From the NCBI GenBank assembly GCA_024137785.1, contig JAHRHZ010000019.1, positions 853,725-917,724 of the forward strand: a stretch of 64,000 bases of DNA, read 5' to 3'. The translations under genes and the position numbers were made by a program. The notes under the pieces were generated by a model, which was not told the DNA's origin, did not search any database, and saw nothing but the letters and a program-made list of their open reading frames with translations. Every line of letters starts with the position of its first letter. The stretch's first letter is position 1. Below are positions 11,601 through 21,929 of the stretch, in pieces. Source of the DNA: Ginglymostoma cirratum (taxonomy: Eukaryota).

Positions 11601-13980
11601 GTAACAAACAGAAAGTCTCTGTTCCACAACAGGCTCTGAATGAAAATAATCAAAGAGAAATCGATCATTTCCTTCTTTTGAATCTTGCAACAAGTTGCAT
11701 GGACAGAAATGTCCCCAGACTTCCAGTGCCTGGGAAATGCACCTACACTTTGTGGGATTGTGATCATAGACAGAATGCCCTGGGGTCTACGTTCCTCCTA
11801 ATAGCTTCTTCAGTTCAGGGGATCCTCCGAGGGCTGCGATTAAGAAGGGAGAATGAACCACAACCTGCTCCTGATTATGACAATATGGCTGCAGTTCAAT
11901 CTCAGCTTCCAACTTCCTTCACTATCCCCAATGTTCTTCATTCCCTCAGTATCCAAGCAATTCCTTTCTGGTGTCTTTGAAACCCACAACAAGCCCTGGA
12001 TAACAAGCATGGGGCTGGATGAACACAGCAGGTCAAGCAGCATCATAGGAGCAGGAAAATTTGACGTTTCGGGCCTAGACCCTTCATCAGAAATGGGGGA
12101 GGGGAAGAGGGTTCTGAAATAAATAGGGAGAGAAGGGGAGGCGGATAGAGGATGGGTAGAGGAGAGGATAGGTGGAGAGGAGGCAGACAAGTCGAAGAGG
12201 TGGGGATGGAGCCAGTAAAGGTGAGTGTAGGTAGGGGGGTAGGGAGGAGATAGGTCAGTCCAGGGAGGACGGACAGGTCAAGGGGGCGGGATGATGTTAG
12301 TAGATAGGAGATGGGGGTGTGGCTTGAGGTGGAAGGAGGGGATAGGTGAGAGGAAAAACAGGTTAGGGAGGTGGAGATGAGCTGGGCTGGTTTTGGGATG
12401 TGGTTGGGGGAGGGGAGATTTTGAAGCTTGTGAAATCCACATTGATGCCATTGGGCTGCAGGGTTCCCAGGCTGAATATGATTTGCTGTTCCTGCAGCCT
12501 TCGGGTGGCATCACTGTGGCATTGCAGGAGGCCCAGGATGGACATGTCATCTGAAGAATGGGAGGGGGAGTTGAAATGGTTCGCGACTGGGAGGTGCAGT
12601 TGTTTGTTGCGAACTGAGCGCAGGTGTTCTGCAAAGCGGTCCCCAAGCCTCCGCTTGGTTTCCCCGATGTAGAGGAAGCCACAACGGGTACAGCGGATAC
12701 AGTATACCACATTGGCAGATGTGCAGGTGAACATCTGCCTGATGTGGAAAGTCTTCTTGGGGCCTGGGATTGGGGTGAGGGAGGAGGTGTGGGGGCAGGT
12801 GTAGCACTTCCTGCGGTTACATGGAAAAGTGCCGGGTGTGGTGGGGCTGGAGGGGAGTGCGGAGCGGACAAGGGAGTCGCGGAGGGAGTGGTCCCTCCGG
12901 AAGGCAGATAAGGGTGGGGAGGGAAAAATGTCTTTGGTGGTGGGGTCTGATTGCAGATGGCGGAAGTGTTGGAGGATGATGCGTTGGATCCGGAGGTTGG
13001 TGGGGTGGTATGTGAGGACGAGGGGGATTCTTTTTTGGTTATTATTGCGGGGACGGGGCGTGAGGGATGTGTTTCGGGAAATGCGGGAGACACGGTTGAA
13101 GGCGTTCTCGACCACTGTGGGGGGGAAGTTGCGGTCCTTGAAGAATGAGGACATTTGAGATGTACGGGAGTGGAATGTCTCATCCTGGGAGCAGATGCGG
13201 CGGAGGCGAAGGAATTGGGAATAGGGGATGGCATTTTTGCAGGAAGGTGGGTGGGAGGAGGTGTATTCTAGGTAGCTGTGGGAGTCAGTGGGCTTGAAAT
13301 GGACATTGGTTAGGAAGATTCAATCTTTGTTCTGCTCCAAATAAGCCGACTGCAGTTGGGGAGAGAGGAGCTTGGCTTCATTGACCTCAGCACCCAAGAT
13401 TAAGAAGAGGGAATGAGTCAGAGTTGCAGCTTTTCCCTGGTGAATCATGATCCAGACAGCCTTCGATACCAGGCAGGGGTCAGTAGGGACTCTCTTGCTG
13501 TTCAATCAGATGGATGGTGTTTCAAGTCTCAGTCCACAGATTTGAGCACAGATTTTGGGCTGAATGTCCAGTGCAGTACTGAGAGAGTGCTGCTCTGTAA
13601 AAGCTGACACTCTTTTGGATGAAGAGTTAAATCTGAATCCTCTCTGTTGCCTTGGATGGATGTAACACATGCCAGGGCATTACTTTGGCAGAGAGCAGAG
13701 AGATTCTACTGAACTCTGAGTGATGTGTGTCTCTTCCCCAACAATCATCAGAACGGAGCATCTGCTCAGTGCTGCTGCTGGGATCTTGCTGTGTACAAAT
13801 TAGCAACTCCTGGTGTTTCTGAGAAAAATAATGAGTGATGTTTCTCTTCGATTCCAGCTGGCTGAAGGCGAATGTCATTATGCTGAGCTTCACTTTCGCC
13901 AACAAGGAACCAGCCGGCCGACAGTGACAGCTGCTGAAAGTAACTCGGAGTACGCAGTTGTAAAACGGGCAAGAAACTGA
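2326..13980 (+). CDS. Gene A: multi-VJ-domain IgSF inhibitory-type receptor (3 V-set domains, TM, ITIM-like tail); 5'-incomplete, leader exon not found in window
   Basis: Seven exons with AG/GT ends and compatible phases: 2326-2670, 4385-4729, 6570-6917, 7458-7608, 10533-10576, 11437-11480, 13858-13980. Total 1400 nt plus 1 nt from an upstream exon = 467 codons, open to TGA at 13978-13980. Confidence 0.85.
4385..4729 (+). CDS. Gene A exon V2, germline-joined VJ Ig domain
   Basis: aaag|GT acceptor, G|gtaaga donor, phase 1/1, same 345-nt length as V1. ..RLQCTMRNAAVTHTDVRWHREQP..DSAVYYCKVWGDISGNGTQLTVT. Confidence 0.95.
4804..4895. repeat. Perfect 44-bp tandem duplication
   Basis: taaatttctctggtaaagagaaagcagagagcttgatgtaaaca x2. 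Confidence 0.95.
5300..5625 (+). mobile_element. tRNA-derived SINE, HE1/V-SINE-like
   Basis: A/B-box head (ggtgactcagtggttag..gggttcaaatcc), ctgtctgtgtgg..ttgcacattctcc body and gtagggattctatg tail. Confidence 0.75.
6570..6917 (+). CDS. Gene A exon V3, germline-joined VJ Ig domain (membrane-proximal)
   Basis: acag|AT acceptor, G|gtaagg donor, phase 1/1. DPVLIQYP..VEFQC..VHWHYQRPG..DSAVYRCSVWSYIYGGGSQLNVT. Confidence 0.95.
7458..7608 (+). CDS. Gene A transmembrane exon
   Basis: tttacag| acceptor, CG|gtaaat donor, phase 1/2. EKSSHGFPWISGPSLIIGTILGFIVLICIVLLTVFLHKQKLCLSVKDSTQR: a ~23-aa uncharged hydrophobic run followed by a basic stop-transfer segment. Confidence 0.9.
10026..10270 (+). mobile_element. 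HE1/V-SINE-like SINE
   Basis: Same family as 17901-18203, with an internal deletion. Confidence 0.7.
10533..10576 (+). CDS. Gene A cytoplasmic exon 1
   Basis: tttatttag| acceptor, G|gtaagc donor, phase 2/1. SPVEDQDAVYATVN. Confidence 0.85.
11437..11480 (+). CDS. Gene A cytoplasmic exon 2
   Basis: ttttctttcag| acceptor, GTG|gtaagg donor, phase 1/0. DRTQSSEQAAVPPVV. Confidence 0.75.
12000..13311 (-). mobile_element. Penelope-like retroelement (Neptune-like), 5'-truncated, in the last intron of gene A
   Basis: Uninterrupted frame: RT C-terminus (FKPTDSHSYL..IPYSQFLRLRRICS), Cys-rich linker (PCNRRKCYTC) and GIY-YIG endonuclease (NVVYCIRC..LYIGETKRRLGDRFAEH), followed by a terminal repeat with a hammerhead motif. 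Confidence 0.9.
12059..12094 (-). ncRNA. Minimal type I hammerhead ribozyme motif (PLE terminal repeat)
   Basis: Minus strand reads ATTT-CTGATGA-A-GGG-TCTAGG-CCC-GAAAC-GTC-AAAT: complete CUGANGA/GAAA/GUC core, stem II, 4-bp stem I and loopless palindromic stem III (ACGT). Confidence 0.75.
13858..13980 (+). CDS. Gene A terminal exon with paired ITIM-like motifs
   Basis: tttctcttcgattccag| acceptor, phase 0. LAEGECHYAELHFRQQGTSRPTVTAAESNSEYAVVKRARN*. Confidence 0.85.
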   Translation: MAEGECHYAELHFRQQGTSRPTVTAAESNSEYAVVKRARN

Positions 13981-14116
13981 AGTTCGACAAGACCCTTTTC
14001 GTCTGCAGCAAAGAGCAGTCAAGAGCAACTCACTTGAACAGAACCATCTCAGCTTCTTCTTCGCATTCACCCAGATTCAGGCTTCATCACCAACAACTGT
14101 CCGGTTTCCATATATT

Positions 14117-14215
14117 CCCAGACCCCGAGATTACTGGGCACTCAGACCCTTCCAGGCCCTGAAATTACTGGGCACTCAGACTCTCCCAGATCCTGAGATT
14201 ACTGGGTACTCAGAC
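14117..14215. repeat. 34-bp tandem repeat x3 in the presumed gene A 3' UTR
   Basis: ttactggg(c/t)actcagac at 14131, 14165 and 14199. Confidence 0.9.
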
Positions 14216-14469
14216 AGTGCAGCAGCTCAGCATGGAGGTATAAGGTGCAGACTGTCACTGAGATTATTTGGATCACACTGCCCTTTGCTGCTACCTCTAG
14301 CATTATGCAGATCAACAGCAGGGTCATTGTGGGAACTGCTTGAATTGCGAGCTTCCTCCAGGCCCCAGCCCATCCTGATTCGGAATTTCAGCCTTTCCTT
14401 CGTAAGCACTGGGTCTGGTTATAGGAATTCCTCAGTAAAAAACCAGCACTGGGTCAATGGACAGAGCTA

Positions 14470-16122
14470 AGCTTGACCAGGATGAAGGGAATGGGGGTAG
14501 TTTACTGATTTGGATAGAGAACATCTGAACAGACAGGAAACAAAGAGTAGAAATGAATGAGGCCTTTTTCTGAAAGGCAGCCAGTGACTAGTCAGAAACC
14601 GTAGGGATCAGTGCTAGGACCCCAGCTATTTACAGTATCAATTAATGATTTAGATGACGGAACTGAATGTAATATTCTGAGTTTGCAGATGACTCAAAGC
14701 TGGATGGGAAGGTGAGCTGTGAGGAGGATGCAGAGATGCTTCAATGTGAATTGGACAAGTTGATTGAGTGGGGAAATGCATGGCAAATGTAGGATAATGT
14801 GGATAAATATGAGGTTATCCACTTTGCTACAAAAACAGGAAGGCAGATTATTATCTGAAGAGTGATACGTTGGGGAAAGGGATGGTGCAATGCGACCTGG
14901 GTGTTCTTGTAAACCAGTCACTGGAAGGAAAAGAGAGGGCAGTGGATGTTATCTATATGGACTTTAGTGAGTCCTTTGACAAGTTCGCACATGGCAGGCT
15001 AGTCATGAAAGTTAGGTTCCATGGGATCCAGGGAGAGCTAGCTAATTGGATTCAAAATTGGCTCGATTGTAGGAAGCAGAGGTTGATGGTTGAAGGTTGT
15101 TTCTTGGATTGGAGGCCTGTGAGTAGTGATGTGCTACAGGGACCGGTGCTTGGACCTTTGTTATTTGTTATCTAGATAAATGATCCAGATGTGAATGCAC
15201 AAGGCATGGTTAGTAAGTTTGCAGATGATACAAAATTAGGAGGTATAGTTGATAGCAAAGAAGGTTATTAAACATTACAGCGAGATCTTGATCAAATGGA
15301 GAAGTGGCCTGAGGATTGGCAAATGCAGTTCAATACAGATAAGTGTGAGGTGTTGCATTTAGGAAAGCCAAACCAAGGTAGGACTTCTACAGTAAGTGGT
15401 AAGTTCCTGAGGAGTGTTGTGGAACAGAGGGACCTAGGAGTACAAGTACATAGTTCGTTGAAAACGGCATCACAGGTAGACAGGGTGGTGAAGAAGGCAT
15501 TTAGCATGCTGGCCTTCATCCATGGAGGAATTGAGTATAGGAGTTGGGACATTATGTTACAGTTGTATTTGGTGAGGCCACACTTTGGAGAATTGTATGC
15601 AGTTTTGGTCACCCTGTTATAGGAAACACAGTTAAACTGGAAGGTGTGCAAAGAAGATTTATGAGGATGTTGCCAGGACTAGTAGGCCTGAATAATAGGC
15701 AGAGGTTGGCCAGGATAGAACTTTATTCCTTGGAATGCAGGAGAACAACGAGTGACCTTATTGGGGTAAATAAAATCATGAGGCATGTCGATAAGATGAA
15801 TGCATACAGTCTTTTTCCCAGGGATGAGGAATTGAAAACTAGAGTACACAGGTTTAAGGTGAGAGAGGATAGATTAAGAAGGACCTGAGGGGTAACTTCT
15901 TCATCAGAGAGTGATGCGTATATGGAATGGACTGCCGGATAAAGTGGTTGAGACAGGTACAGTAGCAACATTTAAAGCACATTTGGATAGATACATGGAT
16001 GAAAAGTGTTCAGAGGGGTATGGACCAAATGCGGACAATTGAACCTAGCTGAGTGGGCACCATGGTCAGCATGGACCAGTTTGGGCCGAAGGGCCTGTTT
16101 CCATGCTGTATTACTCTATGAC
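14470..16122 (+). mobile_element. CR1-type LINE fragments (two families), decayed RT and 3' UTR
   Basis: VDVIYMDFS..FDK, QG.VLGPLLF, KFADDTK, LVRPH, ending in a ctctatgact tail. Stops and frameshifts throughout. Confidence 0.85.
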
Positions 16123-16644
16123 TCAGCGACTGTATGGCTACTCTGTTCTGAGGAGGGATATTACTGGCTGGATTTTCCAAATGAGGCTTGGTGAGATTCA
16201 TTTCAGGAGAGACGCTAATTATTTACTCTGGGCAAGTTCCTCACAATCAGTGACTTAAACATCGAGAACTCACAAGTTTGCTTCAACCCTGTAAATGTTC
16301 AAATATTTATTTAAAAATCACTGGGCCAAAACCCCTCCTCTTTATAACAACAACTGGAATTTTTATAGCAGTGTGTACTCAGTAAAATGATGGCAAAATT
16401 TTTCTCAAGTGAGGAAATGAACAAATTTTATCACCAATTGAGGAATGCAACTTCAAGATAAAAAACCCAAAAATCTGATCAAAAAACAGAAATTGCTGGA
16501 GAAACTCAACAGATCTGGCAGCATCTGCAGAGAGGAACAGAATTAATGTTTCCCAGACCAGTGTGACTCTGTTTCAGAAATTAAATGGTTAGGTCTGAAG
16601 CAGAGTCTGAAAGGGTAGGTGACGATGGAGAAATGGGATGGGTT

Positions 16645-17180
16645 GGGAGGCAGTGGGCAGTGAGAGCAGATCAGGTGAGGGGGCAGTGGGCGGTGAGAGT
16701 GGAAATGATGAGGGGGCAGTGGGCGGTGAGAGTGGGGCTGGTAAGGGGACAGTAGGCGGTGAGAGCGGGGCCGGTGAGGGGGCAGTAGGTGGTGAGAGCT
16801 TGGCCGGTGAGTTGCCAGTGGGCGGTGAGAGCGGGAACGGTGAGGGGGCGTTGGGCGGTGAGAGCGGGGCCGGTGAGGGGGCAGTAGGCGGTGATAGTGG
16901 GGCAGGTGAGGGGGCGGTAGGCGGGGAGAGCGGAATGGTGAGGGGGCAGCAGTGTGCCGTGTGAGGGGGGTTGGTGAGGGGGGAGTGGGTGGTGAGAGTG
17001 GGGCTGGTGGGGGGGCAGCTGTCAGCGGTGAGTGCTGGATGGTGAGGCGGTGACGGCGGTGAGAGCGGGGCTGGTGAGGTGGTGAGAGCGGGGCTGGTGA
17101 TGGCGGCGAGAGCGGGGTTGGTGAGGTGATGACGGCGGTGAGAGTGGGTCCGACGAGGTGGTGATGGCGGTGAGAGTGGG
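16645..17180. repeat. G-rich minisatellite, 33-bp unit (about 9 copies, then degenerating)
   Basis: Unit approximately GGTGAGGGGGCAGTRGGCGGTGAGAGCGGGGCC. It explains the spurious PTAPSPAPLSP and GEGAVGGESGA ORFs. Confidence 0.9.
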
Positions 17181-17900
17181 CCTTTCACATGGCGGCATTG
17201 ATGGCCTCTTGGGTGTCTTAGCGATTGGAGCGGCCCCTGCACCATTGTGGAGCTGTGACTCTGAGAATCTGAGATCTGGAGTTTTCTTTTTCTCTTGCTT
17301 ACCTTTTGGCTCTGTTAAAACATTTAATTCTTGTTTTTGTAACCATGTGGGTGCCAGTGCTTGGCAACTTTGTGCACTTTTCACTGTACTTAGGTATTCG
17401 TATACTTAGTACATGTGACAAAACGATCGATCTAAATCTAAATGAAATTTCAATGAGCAGCTTGTGGGTTTGTGTTATATCACAGGGTGGGACTTGATCC
17501 TGGACCTTGTGGTCTCCAGTTAGGGACATTGCCAGTGAGCCACAGCACCCTGATCCGGACATTGTTTACATGTCTCAAGGGCAGCAGCTTCTCTCAAACA
17601 AGTGACTCAAACCATTGGTCATTTCAGTTGCTGTTTGTTACAAAGCGTTGTTGATAACACATGAATACACAGTGAGCTACGGTGATGTTGGGGGTGAAAA
17701 CTTTGTCACGTCAAACGTGCACGAGCTGGCAGCAGCTCCTGGCAATACTTTTGAATTAATTAGCTCGATAACAGAGACCCACAGTTTAATGGTCAGATAA
17801 ATAGATTTTTAATCAGCAAGTTGTTATGTCAGTGAAATCAAGCACAGATTAAAATACCCGGATTAAAAATACCACAGATTAAAATACACAGAATAAAATT

Positions 17901-18203
17901 TGGGGCAGCACGGTGGCACAGTGGTTAGCACTGCTGCCTCACAGCACCAGGGGCCCGGGTCCGATTCCAGCCCCGGGCAACTGTCTGTGTGGAGTTTGCA
18001 CATTCTCCCCGTGTCTGCGTGGGTTTCCTCCAGCAGTCCAAAGATGTGCAGGCTAGTTGGATTGGCCATGTTAAACTGCCCATAGTGTTCAGGGATATGT
18101 AGATTAGGTGGGTTATAGTGGGGTGGGTCTGGGTGGGATGCTCTGAGGATCAGTGTGGACTTGTTGGGCTGAAGGGCCTGTTTCCACACTGTAGGGATTC
18201 TAT
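17901..18203 (+). mobile_element. HE1/V-SINE-like SINE, near full length
   Basis: ggggcagcacggtggcacagtggttagcactgctgcctcacagc... through gtagggattctatga. Confidence 0.8.
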
Positions 18204-18419
18204 GATCTGTGATAAAACCAGCAGAACTGACTGTCAAAAGTAATTGACAAAGATATAAACAAGAAGAAAATAGGCCCAAACCACAGGCAGCAACTGTTGT
18301 TCTCTGTTGTCGATGATGTCATTTGCCAGCCTCTATCTGCAACATTTGAACCCCATATTCGGTCAAAATGTAGAAGCTGATGTGCAGATTGGCTCAAACC
18401 TGATTAAACAACAACTTGA

Positions 18420-19040
18420 AGTTTTATAGTGTCTTTCACACTCCACGCAACTTCAAGCTCAGCAGATACGGGAACAACTATGAGAAGGGGGTCAGTCAAT
18501 GCAGGACTGAGGGTGTTATACTTAAATTCACGCAGTATCTGAAACAAAGTAAATGAGCTTATAGCACAGATTGAAATTGGCAGGTACAATGGTGTGGCTG
18601 TCACAGAGATGTGGCTACGAGGGGATCAGGGCTGGGAACTGGTTATCCAAGGATATACGTCCAATCAAAAGGACACGCTGCTGGGCCACAGGGATAGGGT
18701 TAACTTGTTCATAAGAAATGAAATTAAATCAATAGTACAAAGTGATATAGAGTCAGAGGGTGTAGAATCTATGGGGGACGAGTTGAGGAATTGTAAAAGT
18801 AAAAAGATCCTGATGGGGGTTATGTACAGGCTTCCTAGCAGTAATCAGAATGAGGGAAGAAAATAAATCAGGAGATAGAAAAAGCATGTAAGAAAGGCAC
18901 CATTACAATTATCATGGGAGTGTTCAATATGCAGGTGGACATGGAAAATTGGGTTGGTAGTTGATCTCAAAAAAAAAGGAATTTCTGGAATATCTATGAG
19001 ATGGATGGCTGGAGAAGTTGTAATGGGGAACACAGACATG
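18420..19040 (+). mobile_element. CR1-type LINE AP-endonuclease fragment
   Basis: ..AVTEMWL..IQGY..GVMYRLP, decayed. Confidence 0.7.
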
Positions 19041-19329
19041 ATTTGAATTGATTTGATTTACTCTTGTCATACATACCGAGATACAGTGAAAAGTATTGTT
19101 TTGCGTGCTATCGAGGCAATCACACCTTACATAAGCACATCATGATCATAGAACAGAATGCAGAATATGGTGTAGATAACACAGTGTGGAGCTGGAGAAA
19201 ACTTGAAGAAGGGTCCTGACCTAAAACGTCAGCTTTCCTGCTCCTCTGATGCTGCCTGGCCTGCTATGTTCCTCCAGCTCCACACTATTATCTATAACTC
19301 CAGCATCGGCAGTTCTTACTATCGCAGAA

Positions 19330-21690
19330 TATAGTGTTATGGCTACAGAGAAGGTGCAGAGAAAGATGAACTCTAATATATGAGGTCCATTCGAAAGTCT
19401 GATAACAGCAAGGAAGAAGGAGTTCTTGAATCTGTTGGTACGTGTTTACAAATTTTTATGTATCTGCCCGATGGAAGCAGGTTGAAGAGAGTATAACCAT
19501 GGTGGGAGGGGCCCTGATTATGATGGCTGCTTTCTCGAGGTAGTGGGAAGTGTAGACGGAGTCAAATGAAGGAAGGCTGTTTCTGATGATAGACTGGGCT
19601 GTGTTGACAAGTCTCTGCACTTTCTTGTGGTCTTGGGCAGGGAAGTTGCCATACCAAACTGTGATGCATCTGGATAGGATGCTTTCTACAGTGCTTCTAA
19701 AAATTTGGTAAGAGTCACGGGCATGCTGAATTTGCTTTGCCTTGAGAAATTAGAGACATCAGCATGTTTTCTTGACTGTAAGGTCAACTTGGGCGGACTA
19801 GGACGGATTGTTCATGATATTTACTCTGAGGAACTTGGAGCTCTCAACCATGTCCACTTCAGCTTTATTGATACAGATAGGGGCGTGTTCTCCACTCTGT
19901 TTCCTGAAGTCAATGACCAGCTCATTCATTATGCTGATGTGAGGGAGAAATTGTTGTCTTTACAGCACGCTACCAAGCCCTCTATCTCTTTCCTGTACTC
20001 TGTCTCGTTGTTGTTTAAGATCCAAACAACTATGGTGGTGTCATCAGCAAACTTGTAAATGGAGTTGGAGCAGAAATTGGGTACATAATAATGGTTGTAT
20101 AAGGATTACATTAGGGTCTGAGTACACAGCCTTGTGGGGTATCAGTGTTGAGGATTATTGTGGAGAAGGTGTTGCTTATCCTTGCTGATTGCAATCTCTG
20201 GGTCAGGAAGTCAAGGATCCAGTTGCAGAGGTGGGGATCAGTGTCCTCGGTCTCAGAGTTTGGAGATGAATTTGGTTGGAATTTTGATGTTGAAGGCTGA
20301 AGACAATAAAGAGAAGTCTTGTTGTTCACATATTCCAGGAACAAATGTAGGGCCAGGGATATGGGTCTGCTGTGGCCGTTTTGTGACAGTAGCTGAATTG
20401 TAGTGGATCAAAGCAGTCTGGGAGGATGGAGCTGATGTGTGCTATTACTGACCTCTCAAGGCAATTCATAACGATGGATGTCAGATCCACCGGGCGGTAG
20501 ACAATAAGGCACACTGTATGATATGTTTCCTTGGCACTGGGATGAAAGTGGTCTTCTTGAAGCAGTTTGGAACCACACAGCAGAGTAAGGAGAAGTTAAA
20601 GATGTCAGCGAACACTCCTGCCAGATAGTCCATGCAGGATCTGAGTGCATGACCAGGGGTTCCATCTGGGCCAGTCACTACCCATGGGCTCACCCTCTGG
20701 AAGGCCAATCTGACATCTGCAGCTATGACTGTGGTTACAGGTGTACTCAAAGCTGTCAGGGCAGGTTTTTGCTGACCCTCTATTCAAAATGAGCATAGAA
20801 TGCATTGAGCTGGCTGGGGAGGGATGCATATTGTTTCATAGAATCCCTACAGTGTGGAAACAGGCCCTTTGGCCCAACAAGTCCACAGTGAACCTCAGAG
20901 CATCCCACCCAGACCCATCCCCCTGTAACCCACCTACCTACACATCCCTGAACACTACAGGCAATTTTAGCATAGCCAATTCACCTAACCAGCACATCTT
21001 TGGACTGTGGGAGGAAACCGGAGCACCCCGAGGAAACCCACTCAGGCACAGGGGGAATGTGCAAACTCCACACAGACAGTCGCCTGAGGGTGGAATCGAA
21101 CCTGGGTGCTGGGCACCGTGAGGCAGCAGTGCTAATCACTGAGCCATCGATTCTACTCGGCTTTGCTTTGTAGCCCATTATTACGTGTAAACCTTACCAC
21201 ACTCAATGTGTGTTTCTATGGTTCATTTGTGACTGTAGTTTAGTCTGGTACTGTCCCTTGGCATCCTCATGACTTCACAAAGGTCAGATCTAGATTTCCT
21301 GCAAAGGTCAGGGTAACCCAACTTGAATGCCTCAGATCTGGACTCTTGGAGGGAGTGGATCTCTTGGTTCATCCATGGTTTCCGGTTGGGGAACACTTTC
21401 ATTAACCTCTTTGTCATGCAGTCCTCTGCGCACTTACTGATGATATCAGTGACGTGGTGGCAGACTCATTTAGGTTGGCTGCTGATTCTTAAATGTGGAC
21501 CAGTCCACTGACTCCAAGCAATCACGTAGGAGCTCGTCTGTTCCCTCAGACTGGCTCTGTCTGACTTTCTGTACCGAATCCTCACGTTTAAGTTTTTGCT
21601 GAAGCAGCACAGCAGTATCATCTGATCTTCCAAAATGTGGAAAATGGTAGAGACATTGATTAGGTAATTTGCATCAGTTTTCACGGTGGG
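19330..21690 (-). mobile_element. Rex1/Babar-type LINE, decayed
   Basis: FPNRKPWMN, GPDG.PGHALRSC..LAGVFADIFNFSL..VPNCFKKTT, YRPV.LTSIVM.CLER, LCNWILDFLT.R.Q, PQGCVL.P. Confidence 0.75.
20835..21146 (-). mobile_element. HE1/V-SINE-like SINE nested in a Rex1-type LINE
   Basis: Reverse complement of the 17901-18203 family. Confidence 0.8.
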
Positions 21691-21929
21691 AGACACCAGC
21701 AGCAGTTCACAACTTCAAGAGAGTCAAGATGGCAAAGAAAGGACACTCAGAGATGGCAAGAACTGCAGATACTGGAGTCAGTGATAATACAGTGTGGAGC
21801 TGGAAGATCACAGCAGGCCAGGCAGCATCAGAGGAGCAGGAAAGTTGACGTTTCACGTCAGGACCCTTTTTCAAAAATAATTTCTGAAGAAATTTCTCGA
21901 CATTCTGCACCAATATACAACCTCCAACA

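Noticed and set aside
12278-13234. 318-aa Pro/Ser-rich ORF and overlapping + strand ORFs
   Set aside because: Alternative frames of the Penelope-like element.
14117-14215. CRISPR-like regular repeat
   Set aside because: Eukaryotic context, and a simple tandem repeat without unique spacers.
16589-17245. 218-aa proline-rich ORF
   Set aside because: Translation of the 33-bp minisatellite.
17901-17975. tRNA-like sequences
   Set aside because: They are SINE heads continuing into SINE bodies, not tRNA genes.
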